The notes below the pieces were generated by a model, which ran no database searches, was not told the origin of the DNA, and saw only the letters and a program-made list of their open reading frames with translations. From contig NC_045697.1 of assembly GCF_009834535.1 (NCBI RefSeq), positions 116,252,001 to 116,316,000 on the forward strand: a stretch of 64,000 nt of DNA, given 5' to 3'. How positions within the stretch are numbered: position 1 is the stretch's first letter; each line of letters opens with the position of its first letter. This DNA is from Camelus ferus. Lineage: Eukaryota. Position numbers and translations under genes: made by a program. Shown piece after piece: positions 62,514 through 64,000 of the stretch.

Positions 62514-63939
62514 CGTAATTTATATCAGTGTGTACTCAGATTCATGTATTTGCATAGCTCAAATTCTTGTCACCTTTGATAAGTTTAAGGTTTTTCAATA
62601 TATTGGTACATAATAACTTTACATTCTCCTGTATTTTATATTTAATTTCCAAATTTTCTGTGTTATAATAAAGCTACAGGAATACTTTTACATAAATTAT
62701 TTTTCCTTTTCTATTATTGTTTTGTGGTATATTTACAAACAGCGGAATTAGCTGTATCTGTGAAAGATACAGACTCTTATTGAGGCCATGAACTTTAGGG
62801 AGCTGTATAAAATACTATGAACAATGTAAAGCCTGCAAATATTTTTTTAAATTACTTTGGTTTATTTTCAATAATTGGAGAGGTATATATCAATGTTTTC
62901 TGGATGTGCCTTTTAAAATTTTTGTTATGAATATTTTTACGCACACCCCACTTGTCACTCATATTCAACAATTTGTCAAAAATGTTCCACATTTGATCAC
63001 CTATCATTTTTTTCTTTTTCATGTGCTGAGATATTTTAAAGTGAATTCCAGATATCACATTACCTCATTCTTACACATCTCACTGTGTGTATGTCTTGTG
63101 GAGCCACATGGCCATTATCACACCTAACAAAACTAACAGTTATCCTTTGACATCGTGCAATGACTAGTCCACGGTAATACTTCCCTAGTTTCCTCTAACA
63201 TGCATTTTTACAGTTGATTGTGAGACTACGGGTCACACTAGTTGCGCACGTTGCATTCGGTTGTGTTGTGTCTCTTGGTGTCTTGTGAGCTGGTGCAGTC
63301 TTCTTTCCGTCTTGCCATTGGCTTGTTGCAGGAATGAGGCTGGTTATCCAGTAGAAACACCCAATGATTTGGATTTCTCTGCTGCTTTCTTGTCTTTTCA
63401 TTTCACTTGCACCTTTCTCCTCTGTATTTTCTGTAAACTGTGTTTAGCTCTTGAGGCTTGATTACAGTCAGGTTCACCTCTTTAGGGAAGCTTGCGTCTG
63501 GGATGCTTCCGTGGTCAACACACAACACGCTGAGTTTTACTCAGATCAGGCATTACAATTTCAATTCCTCTAAAGCCATTTACTCGGGACCTTTTTAAAA
63601 TATTGGGACTTAAATCTTTTCCTCCAGATTTGGAACTGATTTCAACGGACAGCCCATGTTCTCATAAAAATACTGGGATAAGTGGTTACGTTACCCTGGT
63701 GAGGCATACAAAAAGTTGATTTGATGCATACTTTACATCAAATATTGTATAGTTGCAATAAAAATGTAGAAAATATTCACTATTAATAATTAATGTAAAA
63801 GCAAGAAAATACCATGAGAAATTATTTTTTAAAATTATCTTGAATGCTGATATGTAAAGGAGAAACTAACCAGATTATCGGAGGTTGAGAAATTTTGCAG
63901 CAACTTTGAGTATGATTTCAGGGTTTTATAGGGTTTTAC

Positions 63940-64000
63940 AAACTATGATTACCAAAGGGGAAAGGAGGGGAGGAATAAATTAGGAGTTTGGGATTAGCAG
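63940..64000 (+). mobile_element. L1 3' UTR fragment running off the window
   Basis: TATGATTACCAAAGGGGAAAGGAGGGGAGGAATAAATTAGGAGTTTGGGATTAGCAG matches 40970-41030. Confidence 0.85.

Noticed and set aside
1..64000. CRISPR arrays, operons or other prokaryotic-type systems
   Set aside because: Sequence is clearly mammalian; no regularly spaced repeat-spacer structure seen.

Overview
Mammalian genomic DNA, most likely camelid, judging from abundant tRNA-Ala(AGC)-derived SINEs and no recognisable Alu, B1 or Bov-tA elements. The window spans two divergently oriented genes. On the minus strand is the first coding exon of RAPGEF2 (long N-terminal isoform, MASYVDNSFRQAVMKNPAERTPQ, 12174-12242), inside a large CpG island; bases 1-12173 are its intron 1. 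On the plus strand is the first coding exon of SPMIP2/C4orf45 (MPGASSREPASATVGKRMVFTG, 60194-60257), followed by intron. The ~48 kb between the two ATGs is mostly repeats: SINEs, 5'-truncated L1s, L2, MIR, MaLR and MER41-like LTRs, MER58 and microsatellites. It also holds two orphan CpG-rich patches (~41.4 kb and ~53.1 kb). Almost all ORFs in the supplied track are artefacts. I found no convincing new biological system. The best leads are regulatory: an inverted (CCG)15/(GGC)7 pair and three AUG uORFs in the putative RAPGEF2 leader, an isolated MEF2 site in the CpG island, an RFX half-site and a MER41-like LTR upstream of SPMIP2, and possible unannotated first exons. There are also some unusual retrotransposition footprints. 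Gene and repeat-family names come from recalled sequences, not database searches.
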